From positions 7,688,001 to 7,752,000 of the forward strand of contig OZ024763.1 in NCBI GenBank assembly GCA_964016885.1: a stretch of 64,000 nucleotides of DNA, written 5' to 3'. The position numbers and the translations under genes are program-made. Position 1 is the stretch's first letter, and each line of letters opens with the position of its first letter. The notes beneath the pieces were generated by a model. It was not told where the DNA came from. It saw only the letters and a program-made list of their open reading frames with translations, and searched no databases. This DNA comes from Eledone cirrhosa (taxonomy: Eukaryota). Below are positions 26,211 to 39,500 of the stretch, in pieces.

Positions 26211-26683
26211 CAAAGAAATAAGTCACCAAGTTCAACAGTTTATAAATTATTTATTTGATCAACACTTGTTTCATTGCTATTACATGTTACACATCTTTAG
26301 AAAGACATCGTCAGGAACAATTCTAAACATAACATTGGAAGTCTGCAATAGAAAATAAATCAATTTTGAGGTTGAATATATATTTCAATGCCATATAGTT
26401 GTTTTATCAACTGATAGAATTTTCAACACGTAATATATATATATATATATATATATATACGTAAGCATGTATGTTTATATATATATATGTATGTGTTTAT
26501 ATATATGTGTGTATATATATATACATGTATGTGTATATGGCAATAGGGAGCAAGAGTAACACACTATTGAACTCCCGAACTAGGGTGCCACAGTATGGCA
26601 CTTTAGAGCTTCAGTGCTGCACTATGGTATTTAGTAGATTTAACTAAACTTAGTACTGAGTTAGTACTGAGTTAGTAGAGTTA

Positions 26684-26855
26684 AAAGCGAATACAAGCAG
26701 CCAAAATGGGGTTCCTCGAAAGGGTCTTTGGAGTAACGTTACTTGATAAAGTGTGTAGATCAGAGAGTCACTCCAGGTAGAGCTGCTACTTCTCCCAACT
26801 GAGAGATCACAGCTCTGATACTATGGACATGTGGTTAGAATGTCTCAGGAAAGAA
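26684..26855 (+). mobile_element. RTE-clade LINE RT C-terminal remnant
   Basis: RIQAAKMGFLERVFGVTLLDKV / [25 protein letters not shown] matches the RTE motif RIQAAEM.FLR..G..L.D / LRWFGHV.RM. Confidence 0.85.
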
Positions 26856-27020
26856 TATGTATATATATGTATATATTTATGTATGTATGTATGTATATAT
26901 GTCTACATATATATGTCGACATATATATGTATATATATCTATGTATATATGTCTACATATGTATATATATCTATGTATATATATATATATGTATGTATGT
27001 ATGTATATGTATATATATAG
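26856..27020. repeat. (TA)/(TATG) low-complexity tract
   Basis: Directly visible. Confidence 0.9.
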
Positions 27021-27049
27021 ACATATGACCGTGAAATATGTGTGAGGTC

Positions 27050-27935
27050 AAGTAAATCTAGACTATTTCTCATTGCTCTAGGCTTGATTTGAACCTACAA
27101 CAACTCCGTCTGCAATAATGTCATACCTCATTCCAGCGTAAATTGTTAAACGTGGTTCCTATATATACATGCAAGTAAGATTTGAACCTACAATGCTGTG
27201 CTTAATTCCTATTAATAAATGTGTTTTATAAAAGAAAGTAAAGAAACAATTTAATGAAAGTAAAATATTTATTTTATTCAGGAATTTATTTTTTTATTTT
27301 ATGTATTCACTTCATTAACTGCTGAATAGTTCTCTTGTTTTTGTTTTTGTTTGTTCTTACCATTGTTTACTGTAAACGGTGAGTGTGACGAGACTGGATT
27401 ATTACCAACTTTTACTGGATGATGGCATTTCCTTATTGTATTATTTTGTTGTCAGTGGACATCTCTCTAAATACCTGGAATAAACATATGGTGTGTCTTT
27501 TACGTAACATTTCATTTAATATCTGATGTTCCAATGGATTACTTTTAAAATAAAACCAATAAACAGGACAGGTAGACTCCAACAAAGAGACCAGAGATGA
27601 GGTACGAATAATCTAAAATTAATTTTAAAAAGAAGACTGTGTTTAAAGAAAGACAAACAATCACATCCATAATTTAATATCTGAAGATCAACATTTTTCA
27701 CGATATAGATATGTAAAGTTAAGTGACCTCTCATTTAGTTGCTCCAACTTTATTTTACTAATCTATTCTGTAGACTTATATTTTCGTTGGTGTACATTAC
27801 GATTTCGTTGATGACATTTTCTTTCGTCTTTAGATCTATATTTTACTTCTGGAATACTGTATTAACAATTATATCACTCGTCTTTAGATTTTTATTTCTT
27901 ATAAAAGTTATAATACTCACCTCTTCCCATTATAT

Positions 27936-27970
<35 letters not shown>

Positions 27971-30305
27971 AAAAAAGGAAAAGAATTACTTGACTTGTAG
28001 TTCTAAACAATTTGATTTAGAACTACAAATGAAGTCATTCTTTTCCTTTTTTCAAATTTACCTGACTGTACCAAGGATTTCACACACACACACACACACA
28101 TATACTTCTACCTGGAGTTTCGACCGATAGATAGTATTAGCAATTAGAAAGACCATTTTCATTTATATATACCCATATATTCATATTTACTCACTTCTAT
28201 GTAAATATACATATATATATTAAAAGCACATACCATATACCATCATAATAACGATTGACTAATCATCAGGACACATGCTTGCTCATGTAAAAATTCTCAG
28301 ACACTTACGAAAACCGAACTTGCAACGCCAGGTACACTTACATACATATATGTACGTACATCACATATAGAACAGGTATGGCTTATATAGGTACATCAAA
28401 GTTTAGGTTTCGCTATTGTACCATTCGAGGTAGTTAGAAACAAGTACCAGTGTATTACTAGGGTCGATTCTTCTATATCTTTCTCTCACTCTCTGTAAGA
28501 GATCTGGGGGTGGAGATGGGATCTGTCAACTTTTACAAAGTACCCTAGACACCCTGAATGTCAATGTGGGCCCTCTAGAACTCCCTCACAAGTTATAGGT
28601 CGCTACATACATATATAGCAACATCAGACAGATTCTTTAGATCTCTTTTACTCGATGATGCAAGACAAGTTTTCAGTGAGTCAGAAAGGAATATTTGTGA
28701 TATGAAGGGAGAACCTCTCTGAATAAATATTAGATAGTTAAGATGCTACGTAAAGCAGGCGGTGACAACATCGAGGACCAGATGTGCCATGTGGAAATAG
28801 ACATCCACATATAAATATACAAAGATGGGGGGGGGGGGGGGACCTTATTATCATAGACAATTGGGCTTATGAACACACACACACACACATATATTTATAT
28901 ACATACATATGTGTGTGTGGCTTCTGCAGGACTAGAACGGTTTCATTCGAAAGAAATCAAGGGCTTTCCTGATGGGTTTTTTCCCGAATGAAACAGTTCT
29001 AGTCCCGTAGAAGACATTTCTATATGAAATATTTATACTCTGATATATATATTGAGTACCTTACTTACTGTGGCGTTCATGCCTTTCTTAGTGTTGCTGT
29101 TATTAGAAAGGGTCGACTTTGTCTTTCATAATTCAGGCTCTTTCATGAAGTAAATATTCATTTTATTTCTTAACGCCCTAGTGTTGATTTGAACCTACAA
29201 TGACTTCGTCTGCAATAATGTTCACTAATTTCAAATCTGCCATACCTAAATCCTGTTGCGACTTACAAATAAATTGTTAAATGTCACTTTTATCAATGTA
29301 AGATTGGAACCTACAGTGATGTGCTTTGCAGTAATGTCCCGTAACTCCAACTAGATTGAGCTAAGCTTGTATATTTCTTTCGTCCGAATAACAATGGTTT
29401 CGATCCCAGTTCGCTACTGGTACAAGAAATAATTTAAAGAAATTCTATATCCCCAGCTAAATATTGAACTCCTAACGACATTTTATGTTACTTAATACCA
29501 ATAACCCTGTTACACACTGAACATCTAAGCCCTGAACACATATTTATAACTCAATTTCTAATTTTAAAATGATATTACACCACCTGTGTTCTCGGTGGAT
29601 ATTAATTTACAATTTTATAGCAGAAAAATAGAGTACCAGTCATTTTTATAGGTTCAATTTAATCGATCGGCTTCTCCGTCAATCACTTGACAAACAAAGA
29701 CACACAAACAGTATATATATGATACGACAAATTTGAAATAAATTACGTGTTTAAGAAAAAGAATTATTGAATGTAAGAAATTATAATTATTTAGTAATAA
29801 TATTGTTATTGTTTGTTTTCACTGCATTAACTGCTGAGTGTGACTTTTATTTTTCTTACTATTTCCTACCGTAAATTGCGGCTGAGACGTTATTGGAGTA
29901 TTACTAAAGTTTACTGGATGATGGCGTTTCCTTATTGCATTATTTTACAAACAGTGGACATCGGAATATCCCTCTATATACCTGGGATAAATGTAAGGAG
30001 CATTGTTATGTTATACATAGAAATATAAGAAGAGATGACCATTGTACTATCATGTCACTCGTTAGAATTACAACTTTGGAGGAGATTAATCAAAGTGTTT
30101 ATCCTTGGTATAGTGAACTAATGTTGATATTTTCAAGTCTTGACATTTATATGGAATAGTGTACTAATATTTCAATAGTCTTTATATTTTTATCCTGTCT
30201 CCCCTAAGATTTTAGATTTTTCAGCATTTAGTTAAGAAAAAGAACGTTTTATTATTTCCATCATCCGTCTCGCCATCTTCCAATTCTTACATATTCACAA
30301 TTCTT
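27050..30305 (+). repeat. Deleted segmental copy of ~11410-13760 joined to ~14910-16600
   Basis: Colinear blocks B and C. The junction cttactgtgg|cgttcatgcc at ~29073 removes the palindrome core. Confidence 0.8.
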
Positions 30306-31468
30306 CTGAGAGAAACACGAGAGAGTGAGGAGAAACGAGAGAAATGAGACAGAGATGGGGGAGAGACGGGAGGGAGAGAGAGAGGAGAGAAGAGAGAAAC
30401 AAGAGAGAGAGAGGGAGGAGAAAGAGGGAGAGGAAGGAGAGATGAGAGAAACAAGAGGGTAAGAAGGGAGAGAGGGCAGAGAGGAGAGAGAGGGCAGGGG
30501 GGAGAGAGAAGGGAGAAGAGAAGGAAGAGAGGAGTGAGAAGGGAGAGAGGAGGGAGAGGAGAGAGAAACAAGAAAGAGGAGAGAAACAAGAAAGTGAGGA
30601 GAGAGAGAGGAAGGAGAGAGGATAGAGAGAGGGATAGAAACAAGAGGGAGGAGAGTGAGAGGAGAGTGAGAGGAGAGTGAGGAGAGGAGAGTGAGAGGAG
30701 AGTGAGGAGAGGAGAGTGAGGAGAGGAGAGTGAGAGGAGAGTGAGGAGGGAGAGAGGGGATGGAGAAAGGAGAGAGAAAGGAGAGAGAGAGAGAGAGGAG
30801 GGAAGAGGAGAGAAACGAGAGAGGCTAGGCAAACAAGAGAGAGGGAGAGACTAGAGAAACAAGAGAGAAACAATAGAGAGGAAAGACAGAGGAAGCAGAG
30901 TAGAGAAACAAGAGAGAGATGAGAGAGAAGGGAGAGAGAAAGGAGAGAGAGGAGGGAGAAAGGAGAGGGAGAGAGAGAGAGGAGGGAAGAGGAGAGAAAC
31001 GAGAGAGGCTAGGGAAACAAGAGAGAGAGGGAGAGACTAGAGAAACGAGAGAGAAACAATAGAGAGGAAAGACAGAGGAAGCAGAGTAGAGAAACAAGAG
31101 AGAGATGAGAGAAAGAAAGGAGAGAGAGATGAGAGAAAGAAAGGAGAGAGAGAAGGGAGAGAGAAAGGAGAGAGAGAAGAGATGGATAGAGAAAGAGGAA
31201 TGGATAGAGAGAGAGGGGGAGAGAGATGGATAGAGAAAGAGGAATGGATAGAGAGAGAGGGGGAGAGAGATGGATAGAGGGATGGAGAGAGAGAGAGAGA
31301 GAGGGGAAGGGAGAGGGAGAGAGCGAGGAAGGGAGAGAGCGAGGAAGGGAGAGAGAGAGAGAGGACGGGAGAGAGAGAGAGGTAGGGGATTGAGAGAGAG
31401 AAAGAGAGTGGGAGAGAGAGGGAGGGAGGGGGAGAGAGAGGGAGGGAGGGGGAGAGAGAGAGGGGGGC
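30305..31468. repeat. GA-rich polypurine low-complexity tract
   Basis: Directly visible; internal duplication ~30790-30940 / ~30975-31130. Confidence 0.95.
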
Positions 31469-32324
31469 CGTGGTGTAGTGTAGTAGGTTGTGCAGTCTTG
31501 TACGGTGTGCCTGTCTTGTCCCTAAAATATATCCTATATATATTTTCTTCTAGTTTGCCAACATATTCCAAGCAGGGTCACGTGGTGGTAACTCGTCTAA
31601 CTTGCCTTCCAGCAGGTCCTGCCTGAAACATATTTATAATATAATATATATTATATATATTATAAATATTATTTAAATATATATTGTATATTATAATAAA
31701 TATTATATACACAATATACATTATATATATTGTATAATAAACAGTAAATATTCTATTATATTGTAATATATGGTATGTATATTATATAGAATATATTATA
31801 TATACTGGCAAATATGAAAGTCTCTAAGAGGTGACAGTTGAGAGAAGGAAACCGCCAGAAACCGGTCTCTGGTGGCACGTGGTAATGTTTCTATAGCAAC
31901 AGTGGTTCTCTTGGACTTACCAAAGTAAGTGGAGAGGGGAAGGTAATATTTCTGTAACCTCAACCACTTCTCTCTCTCTCTCTCTATAGAAATAGAACGG
32001 GGAAGGGGAGGGTGATTTTTCTATGACACAATTACTCTCCCCCTCCCTCACTGAAGATATAGAAGTGGAAAGGGGAATGTAATGTTACTACAACGTCTGT
32101 GACACTAGGTGGCGATTCGACCGCAAGTTCTGCCAGTTTTAGCTTCTTACTTAGCTGAGCACCAGCCAGTTAGTTGACCACGTAACAGAGCACACACACT
32201 GAGAGAAATGTAACGAAGGAATTGTGATAAGGAACCATATGGAACAGAACGCACCAGAGTACTCAATACTAGTAGAGTAGGTAATAGGAAAAAAGTATAT
32301 ATATATATATATGACGGCGAAGTG

Positions 32325-33480
32325 AGGGGAGAGAGAGAGAGAGAGAGAGATAGAGGAATGGAGAGAGAGAGCCGGATGGATAGAGAGAGAGAGAGAGAGA
32401 GATGGATGCATGGAGAGGAAGAGAGAGAGAGGGAGAGGGAGGGATGGAGAGTGAGAGGGATGGAAGGAGAGAGAGAGGGAGAGAGGGAAGAGAGAGAGAG
32501 AGGGAAGAGAGAGAGAGAGGGAAGGAGAGAGAGAGAGAGAGAGAGATGGAGAGAGAGAGAGAGAGAGAGAGGGATGGAGAGAGAGAGAGAGGGGGAGGGA
32601 AGGAGAGAGATGGATGGAGAGAGAGGGAAGGAGAGAGAGAGGGGGAGAGGGAGGGATGGATGGAGAGAGAGGGGGAGGGATGGATGGAGAGAGAGGGAGA
32701 GAGGGATAGATGGAGAGAGGGATGGATAGAGAGAGGGATGGATGGAGAGGGAAGGAGAGAGAGGGAGAGATGGATGGCTAGAGAGAGGAATGGAAGGAGA
32801 GAGAGGGGCATGGAAGGAGAGAGAGAGAGCCGGATGGATAGAGAGAGGGAGAGATGGATGTATGGAGAGAGAGAGAGGGGGATGGAGAGAGGGGGATGGA
32901 TAGAGAGAGAGAGGGATGGAGAGAGGGAGGTATGGAAGGAGAGAGAGGGGGATGGAAGGAGAGAGGAATGGAAGGAGAGAGAGAGAGAGGAGGATGGATG
33001 GAGAGAGATATATATAGAGAGAGAGGGGGATGGAAGGAGAGTGAGAGGCATGGAAGGAGAGAGAGAGAGGGATGGATAGAGAAAGGGAGGGGGATGGAAG
33101 GTGAGAGAGAGAGAGGGATGGAAGGAGAGAGAGAGAGGGGGGAAAGGAGAGAGAGAGAGGGGGGATGGATGGAGAGAGAGGGAGAGAGAGATGGATGGAG
33201 AGAGAGAGAGGGGGAGGCATGGAAGGAGAGAGGCATGGAAGGAGAGAGGCATGGAAGGAGAGAGAGAGGGATGGAAGGAGAGAGAGAGAGAGGGATGCAT
33301 GGAGAGAGAGGGATGCATGGAGAGAGAGAGGAATGGAAGGAGAGAGGGATGGATGTAGAGAGAGGGATGGAAGGAGAGAGAGAGAGGGATGGAGAGAGAG
33401 AAAGAGAGGGATGGAGAGAGAGAGAGGGATGGATAGAGAGAGGGAGGGGGATGGAAGGTGAGAGAGAGAGAGGGATGGAA

Positions 33481-33517
<37 letters not shown>

Positions 33518-36500
33518 TGGAAGGAGAGAGAGAGAGAGGGGGATGGATGGAGAGAGAGGGAGTAGGGATGGATGGAGAGAGAGAGAGAGATGGATGGAGA
33601 GAGATATATAGAGAGTGAGAGGCATGGAAGGAGAGAGAGAGAGGGATGCATGGAGAGGGAGTAGGGATGGATGGATAGAGAGGAATGGAAGGAGAGAGAG
33701 AGAGAGGGGATGGATGGAGAGAGGGAGTAGGGATGGATGGAGAGAGAGAGGAATGGAAGGAGAGAGAGAGAGGGGGATGGATGGAGAGAGAGAGAGAGAG
33801 GGATGGATGGAGAGAGGGAGGGGGATGGAAGGTGAGAGAGAGGGATGGAAGGTGAGAGAGAGAGGGGGATGGATGGAGAGAGAGGGAGTAGGGATGGAAG
33901 GTGAGAGAGAGAGGGGGATGGATGGAGAGAGAGGGAGTAGGGATGGATGGAGAGAGATATATATAGAGAGTGAGAGGCATGGAAGGAGAGAGAGAGGGAT
34001 GGAAGGAGAGAGAGAGAGAGAGGGGGATGGATGGAGAGAGAGAGAGGGATGGAAGGAGAGAGAGAGAGAGGGATGGAAGGAGAGAGAGAGAGAGGGATGG
34101 ATGGAGAGAGAGAGAGAGAGGGATGGATGGAGAGAGATATATATAGAGAGTGAGAGGCATGGAAGGAGAGAGAGGGATGGATGTAGAGAGAGGGATGGAA
34201 GGAGAGAGAGAGAGAGAGAGATGGAGAGAGGGAGGGGGATGGAAGGTGAGAGAGAGAGAGGGATGGAAGGTGAGAGAGAGAGGGGGATGGATGGAGAGAG
34301 GGAGTAGGGATGGAAGGTGAGAGAGAGAGGGGGATGGATGGAGAGAGGGAGTAGGGATGGATGGAGAGAGAGAGAGGGAGGAAGGAGAGAGAGAGGGATG
34401 GAAGGAGAGAGAGAGGGGGATGGATGGAGAGATATATATAGAGAGTGAGAGGCATGGAAGGAGAGAGAGGCATGGAAGGAGAGAGAGAGAGAGAGAGGGG
34501 GATGGAAGGAGAGAGTGAGAGGGGGAGAGGGATGGATGGAGAGAGTGAGAGAGGGAGAGATGGATGGAGAGAGAGAGGGATGGATGGAGAGAGTGAGAGA
34601 GAGAGAGAGATGGATGGAGAGAGGGATGGAGAGAGGGAGGGGGTAGGAGAGAGAGGGGGATGGAAGGAGAGAGAGAGAGAGAGAGGGATGGAGAGAGAGA
34701 GAGAGAGGGATGGAGAGAGAGGGATGGAGAGAGAGGGGGATGGATGGAGAGAGGGGGATGGATGGAGAGAGGGGGTAGGAATGGATGGATAGAGAGAGGA
34801 ATGGATGGAGAGAGGAATGGATGGAGAGAGAGGGAGATGGATGGAGAGAGAGAGAGAGGGGGGTAGGAGAGAGAGGGGGATGGAAGGAGAGAGAGAGAGA
34901 GGGGGAAAGGGATGGAAGGAGAGAGAGAGAGAGGGAGAGAGAGAGAGAGGGATGGAAGGAGAGAAAGAGAGGGATGGAAGGAGAGAGAGAGAGGGATGCA
35001 TGGAGAGAGAGGGAGTAGGGATGGATGGATAGAGAGAGGAATGAAAGGAGAGAGGGATGGAAGGAGAGAGAAAGAGAGGGATGGATGGAGAGAGAGGGAT
35101 GGATGGAGAGATATATATAGAGAGTGAGAGGCATGGAAGGAGAGAGGGATGGATGGAGAGAGAGGGATGGATGGAGAGAGAGGGATGGATGTAGAGAGAG
35201 AGGGATGGATGTAGAGAGAGAGAGAGGGATGGATGTAGAGAGAGAGAGGGATGGATAGAGAGAGGGAGAGGGGAAGAGGGATGGATGGAGAGGGATGGAT
35301 GGAAGGAGAGAGATGGATGGAGAGGGATGGATGGAGAGAGAGGGAAGGAGAGAGAGAGAGAGAGGGAAGGGGATGGATGGATAGAGAGAGGAATGGATGG
35401 AGAGAGAGGGAGAGGGATGGAGAGAGAGAGGGAGGGGGGTAGGAGAGAGAGGGGGATGGAAGGGGAGAGAGAGAGAGAGGGAAGGAAGGAGAGAGAGAGA
35501 TGGAAGGAGAGAGAGAGAGGGATGCATGGAGAGAGGAATGGAAGGAGAGAGAGAGAGAGGGGGATGGATGGAGAGAGAGAGGAATGGAAGGAGAGAGAGA
35601 GAGAGGAATGGAAGGAGAGAGAGAGAGAGGAATGGAAGGAGAGAGAGAGAGGGATGGAAGGAGAGAGAGAGAGGGAGTAGGGATGGAAGGATAGAGAGAG
35701 GAATGGAAGGAGAGAGAGAGAGAGAGAGAGAGGGGGATGGATGGAGAGAGAGGAATGGAAGGAGAGAGAGAGGGGGATGGATGGAGAGATATATATATAG
35801 AGAGTGAGAGGCATGGAAGGAGAGAGAGAGAGGGATGGAAGGAGAGAGAGAGAGGGATGGAAGGAGAGAGAGAGAGGGATGGAAGGAGAGAGAGAGAGGG
35901 ATGGATGGAGAGAGAGAGGGATGGAAGGTGAGAGAGAGGGATGGATGGAGAGAGAGGGAGTAGGGATGGATGGAGAGAGAGGGATGGATGTAGAGAGAGA
36001 GAGAGGGGGGGAAAGAGAGAGTGATGGGTGTAGAGAGAGAGAGAGGGATGCATGGAGAGGGAGTAGGGATGGATGGATAGAGAGGAATGGAAGGAGAGAG
36101 AGAGAGAGGGGATGGATGGAGAGAGGGAGTAGGGATGGATGGAGAGAGAGAGGAATGGAAGGAGAGAGAGAGAGAGGGGGATGGATGGAGAGAGAGAGAG
36201 AGGGATGGATGGAGAGAGGGAGGGGGATGGAAGGTGAGAGAGAGAGAGAGGGATGGAAGGTGAGAGAGAGAGAGAGGGATGGAAGGTGAGAGAGAGAGAG
36301 AGGGATGGAAGGTGAGAGAGAGAGGGGGATGGATGGAGAGAGAGGGAGTAGGGATGGAAGGTGAGAGAGAGAGGGGGATGGATGGAGAGAGAGGGAGTAG
36401 GGATGGATGGAGAGAGAGAGAGAGATGGATGGAGAGAGATATATATAGAGAGTGAGAGGCATGGAAGGAGAGAGAGGGATGGATGTAGAGAGAGAGAGAG

Positions 36501-39500
36501 GGATGGAAGGAGAGAGAGAGAGAGAGAGGGATGGAAGGAGAGAGAGAGAGGGGGATGGATGGAGAGAGAGAGAGAGGAATGGAAGGAGAGAGAGAGAGGG
36601 GGATGGATGGAGAGAGAGAGAGAGGGATGGATGGAGAGAGAGGGATGGATGGAGAGAGAGAGAGAGAGGGATGGATGTAGAGAGAGGGATGGAAGGAGAG
36701 AGAGAGAGAGAGAGATGGAGAGAGGGAGGGGGATGGAAGTTGAGAGAGAGAGAGAGGGATGGAAGGTGAGAGAGAGGGATGGAAGGAGAGAGAGAGAGGG
36801 ATGGAAGGAGAGAGAGAGAGGGATGGATAGAGAGAGGGAGGGGGATGGAAGGTGAGAGAGAGAGAGAGGGATGGAAGGTGAGAGAGAGAGAGAGAGAGAG
36901 AGGAATGGAAGGAGAGAGAGAGAGGGGGATGGATGGAGAGAGAGGGAGTAGGGATGGATGGAGAGAGAGAGAGAGATGGATGGAGAGAGATATATAGAGA
37001 GTGAGAGGCATGGAAGGAGAGAGAGGGATGGAAGGAGAGAGAGAGAGAGGGGATGGATGGAGAGAGGGAGTAGGGATGGATGGAGAGAGAGAGGGATGGA
37101 AGGAGAGAGAGAGAGAGGGGATGGATGGAGAGAGGGGAGTAGGGATGGATGGAGAGAGAGAGGAATGGAAGGAGAGAGAGAGAGGGGGATGGATGGAGAG
37201 AGGGATGGATGGAGAGAGGGAGGGGGATGGAAGGTGAGAGAGAGAGAGAGAGAGAGGGATGGAAGGTGAGAGAGAGAGGGGGATGGATGGAGAGAGAGGG
37301 AGTAGGGATGGAAGGTGAGAGAGAGAGGGGGATGGATGGAGAGAGAGGGAGTAGGGATGGATGGAGAGAGAGGGAGTAGGGATGGATGGGAGAGAGAGAG
37401 AGAGATGGATGGAGAGAGATATATATAGAGAGTGAGAGGCATGGAAGGAGAGAGAGAGGGATGGAAGGAGAGAGAGAGAGAGATAGGGGGATGGATGGAG
37501 AGAGAGAGAGGGATGGAAGGAGAGAGAGAGAGGGGGATGGATGGAGAGAGAGAGAGAGGGATGGATGGAGAGAGAGAGAGAGAGGGATGGATGGAGAGAG
37601 ATATATATAGAGAGTGAGAGGCATGGAAGGAGAGAGAGGGATGGATGTAGAGAGAGGGATGGAAGGAGAGAGAGAGAGAGAGAGATGGAGAGAGGGAGGG
37701 GGATGGAAGGTGAGAGAGAGAGAGAGGGATGGAAGGTGAGAGAGAGAGGGGGATGGATGGAGAGAGAGGGAGTAGGGATGGAAGGTGAGAGAGAGAGGGG
37801 GATGGATGGAGAGAGAGAGAGAGGGAGGAAGGAGAGAGAGAGGGATGGAAGGAGAGAGAGAGGGGGATGGATGGAGATATATATATAGAGAGTGAGAGGC
37901 ATGGAAGGAGAGAGAGGGATGGAAGGAGAGAGAGAGAGAGAGAGAGAGAGGGGGGATGGAAGGAGAGAGAGAGAGAGAGAGGGGGATGGATGGAGAGAGT
38001 GAGAGGGGGGAGAGTGATGGATGGAGAGAGTGAGAGAGAGAGAGATGGATGGAGAGAGAGAGGGATGGATGGAGAGAGTGAGAGAGAGAGGGATGGAGAG
38101 AGGGAGGGGGTAGGAGAGAGAGGGGGATGGAAGGAGAGAGAGAGAGAGAGAGGGATGGAGATAGAGAGAGAGGGATGGAGAGAGAGGGGGATGGATGGAG
38201 AGAGGGGGTAGGAATGGATGGATAGAGAGAGGAATGGATGGAGAGAGGAATGGATGGAGAGAGAGGGAGATGGATGGAGAGAGAGAGAGGGAGGGGGGTA
38301 GGAGAGAGAGGGGGATGGAAGGAGAGAGAGAGAGAGGGGGAAAGGGATGGAAGGAGAGAGAGAGAGAGAGGGAGAGAGAGAGAGAGAGGGATGGAAGGAG
38401 AGAGGGATGGATGTAGAGAGAGGGATGGAAGGAGAGAGAGAGAGGGATGGATAGAGAGAGGGAGGGGGATGGAAGGTGAGAGAGAGAGGGGATGGATGGA
38501 GAGAGAGGGAGTAGGGATGGATGGAGAGAGAGAGAGAGATGGATGGAGAGAGATATATAGAGAGTGAGAGGCATGGAAGGAGAGAGAGGGATGGAAGGAG
38601 AGAGAGAGAGGGATGGAGAGAGAGAGAGGGATGGATAGAGAGAGGGAGGGGGATGGAAGGTGAGAGAGAGAGAGAGGGATGGAAGGTGAGAGAGAGAGAG
38701 AGAAAGAGAGGGATGGAAGGAGAGAGAGAGAGGGATGCATGGAGAGAGAGGGAGTAGGGATGGATGGATAGAGAGAGGAATGAAAGGAGAGAGGGATGGA
38801 AGGAGAGAGAAAGAGAGGGATGGATGGAGAGAGAGGGATGGATGGAGAGATATATATAGAGAGTGAGAGGCATGGAAGGAGAGAGGGATGGATGGAGAGA
38901 GGGATGGATGGAGAGAGAGGGATGGATGTAGAGAGAGAGAGGGATGGATGTAGAGAGAGAGAGGGGAAGAGGGATGGATGGAGAGAGAGGGATGGAAGGA
39001 GAGAGATGGATGGAGAGGGATGGATGGAGAGAGAGGGAAGGAGAGAGAGAGAGAGGGAGAGGGATGGAGAGAGAGAGAGGGATGCATGGAGAGAGGGAGT
39101 AGGGATGGATGGATAGAGAGAGGAATGGAAGGAGAGAGAGAGAGAGGGGGATGGATGGAGAGAGAGAGAGAGAGGGGGATGGATGGAGAGAGAGAGGAAT
39201 GGAAGGAGAGAGAGAGAGTGGAATGGAAGGAGAGAGAGAGAGGGATGGAAGGAGAGAGAGAGAGGGAGTAGGGATGGAAGGATAGAGAGAGGAATGGAAG
39301 GAGAGAGAGAGAGAGAGAGGGGGATGGATGGAGAGAGAGGAATGGAAGGAGAGAGAGAGGGGGATGGATGGAGAGATATATATATAGAGAGTGAGAGGCA
39401 TGGAAGGAGAGAGAGAGAGGGATGGAAGGAGAGAGAGAGAGGGATGGATGGAGAGAGAGATGTATAGAGAGAGATGGATGGAAGGTGAGAGAGAGAGGAG

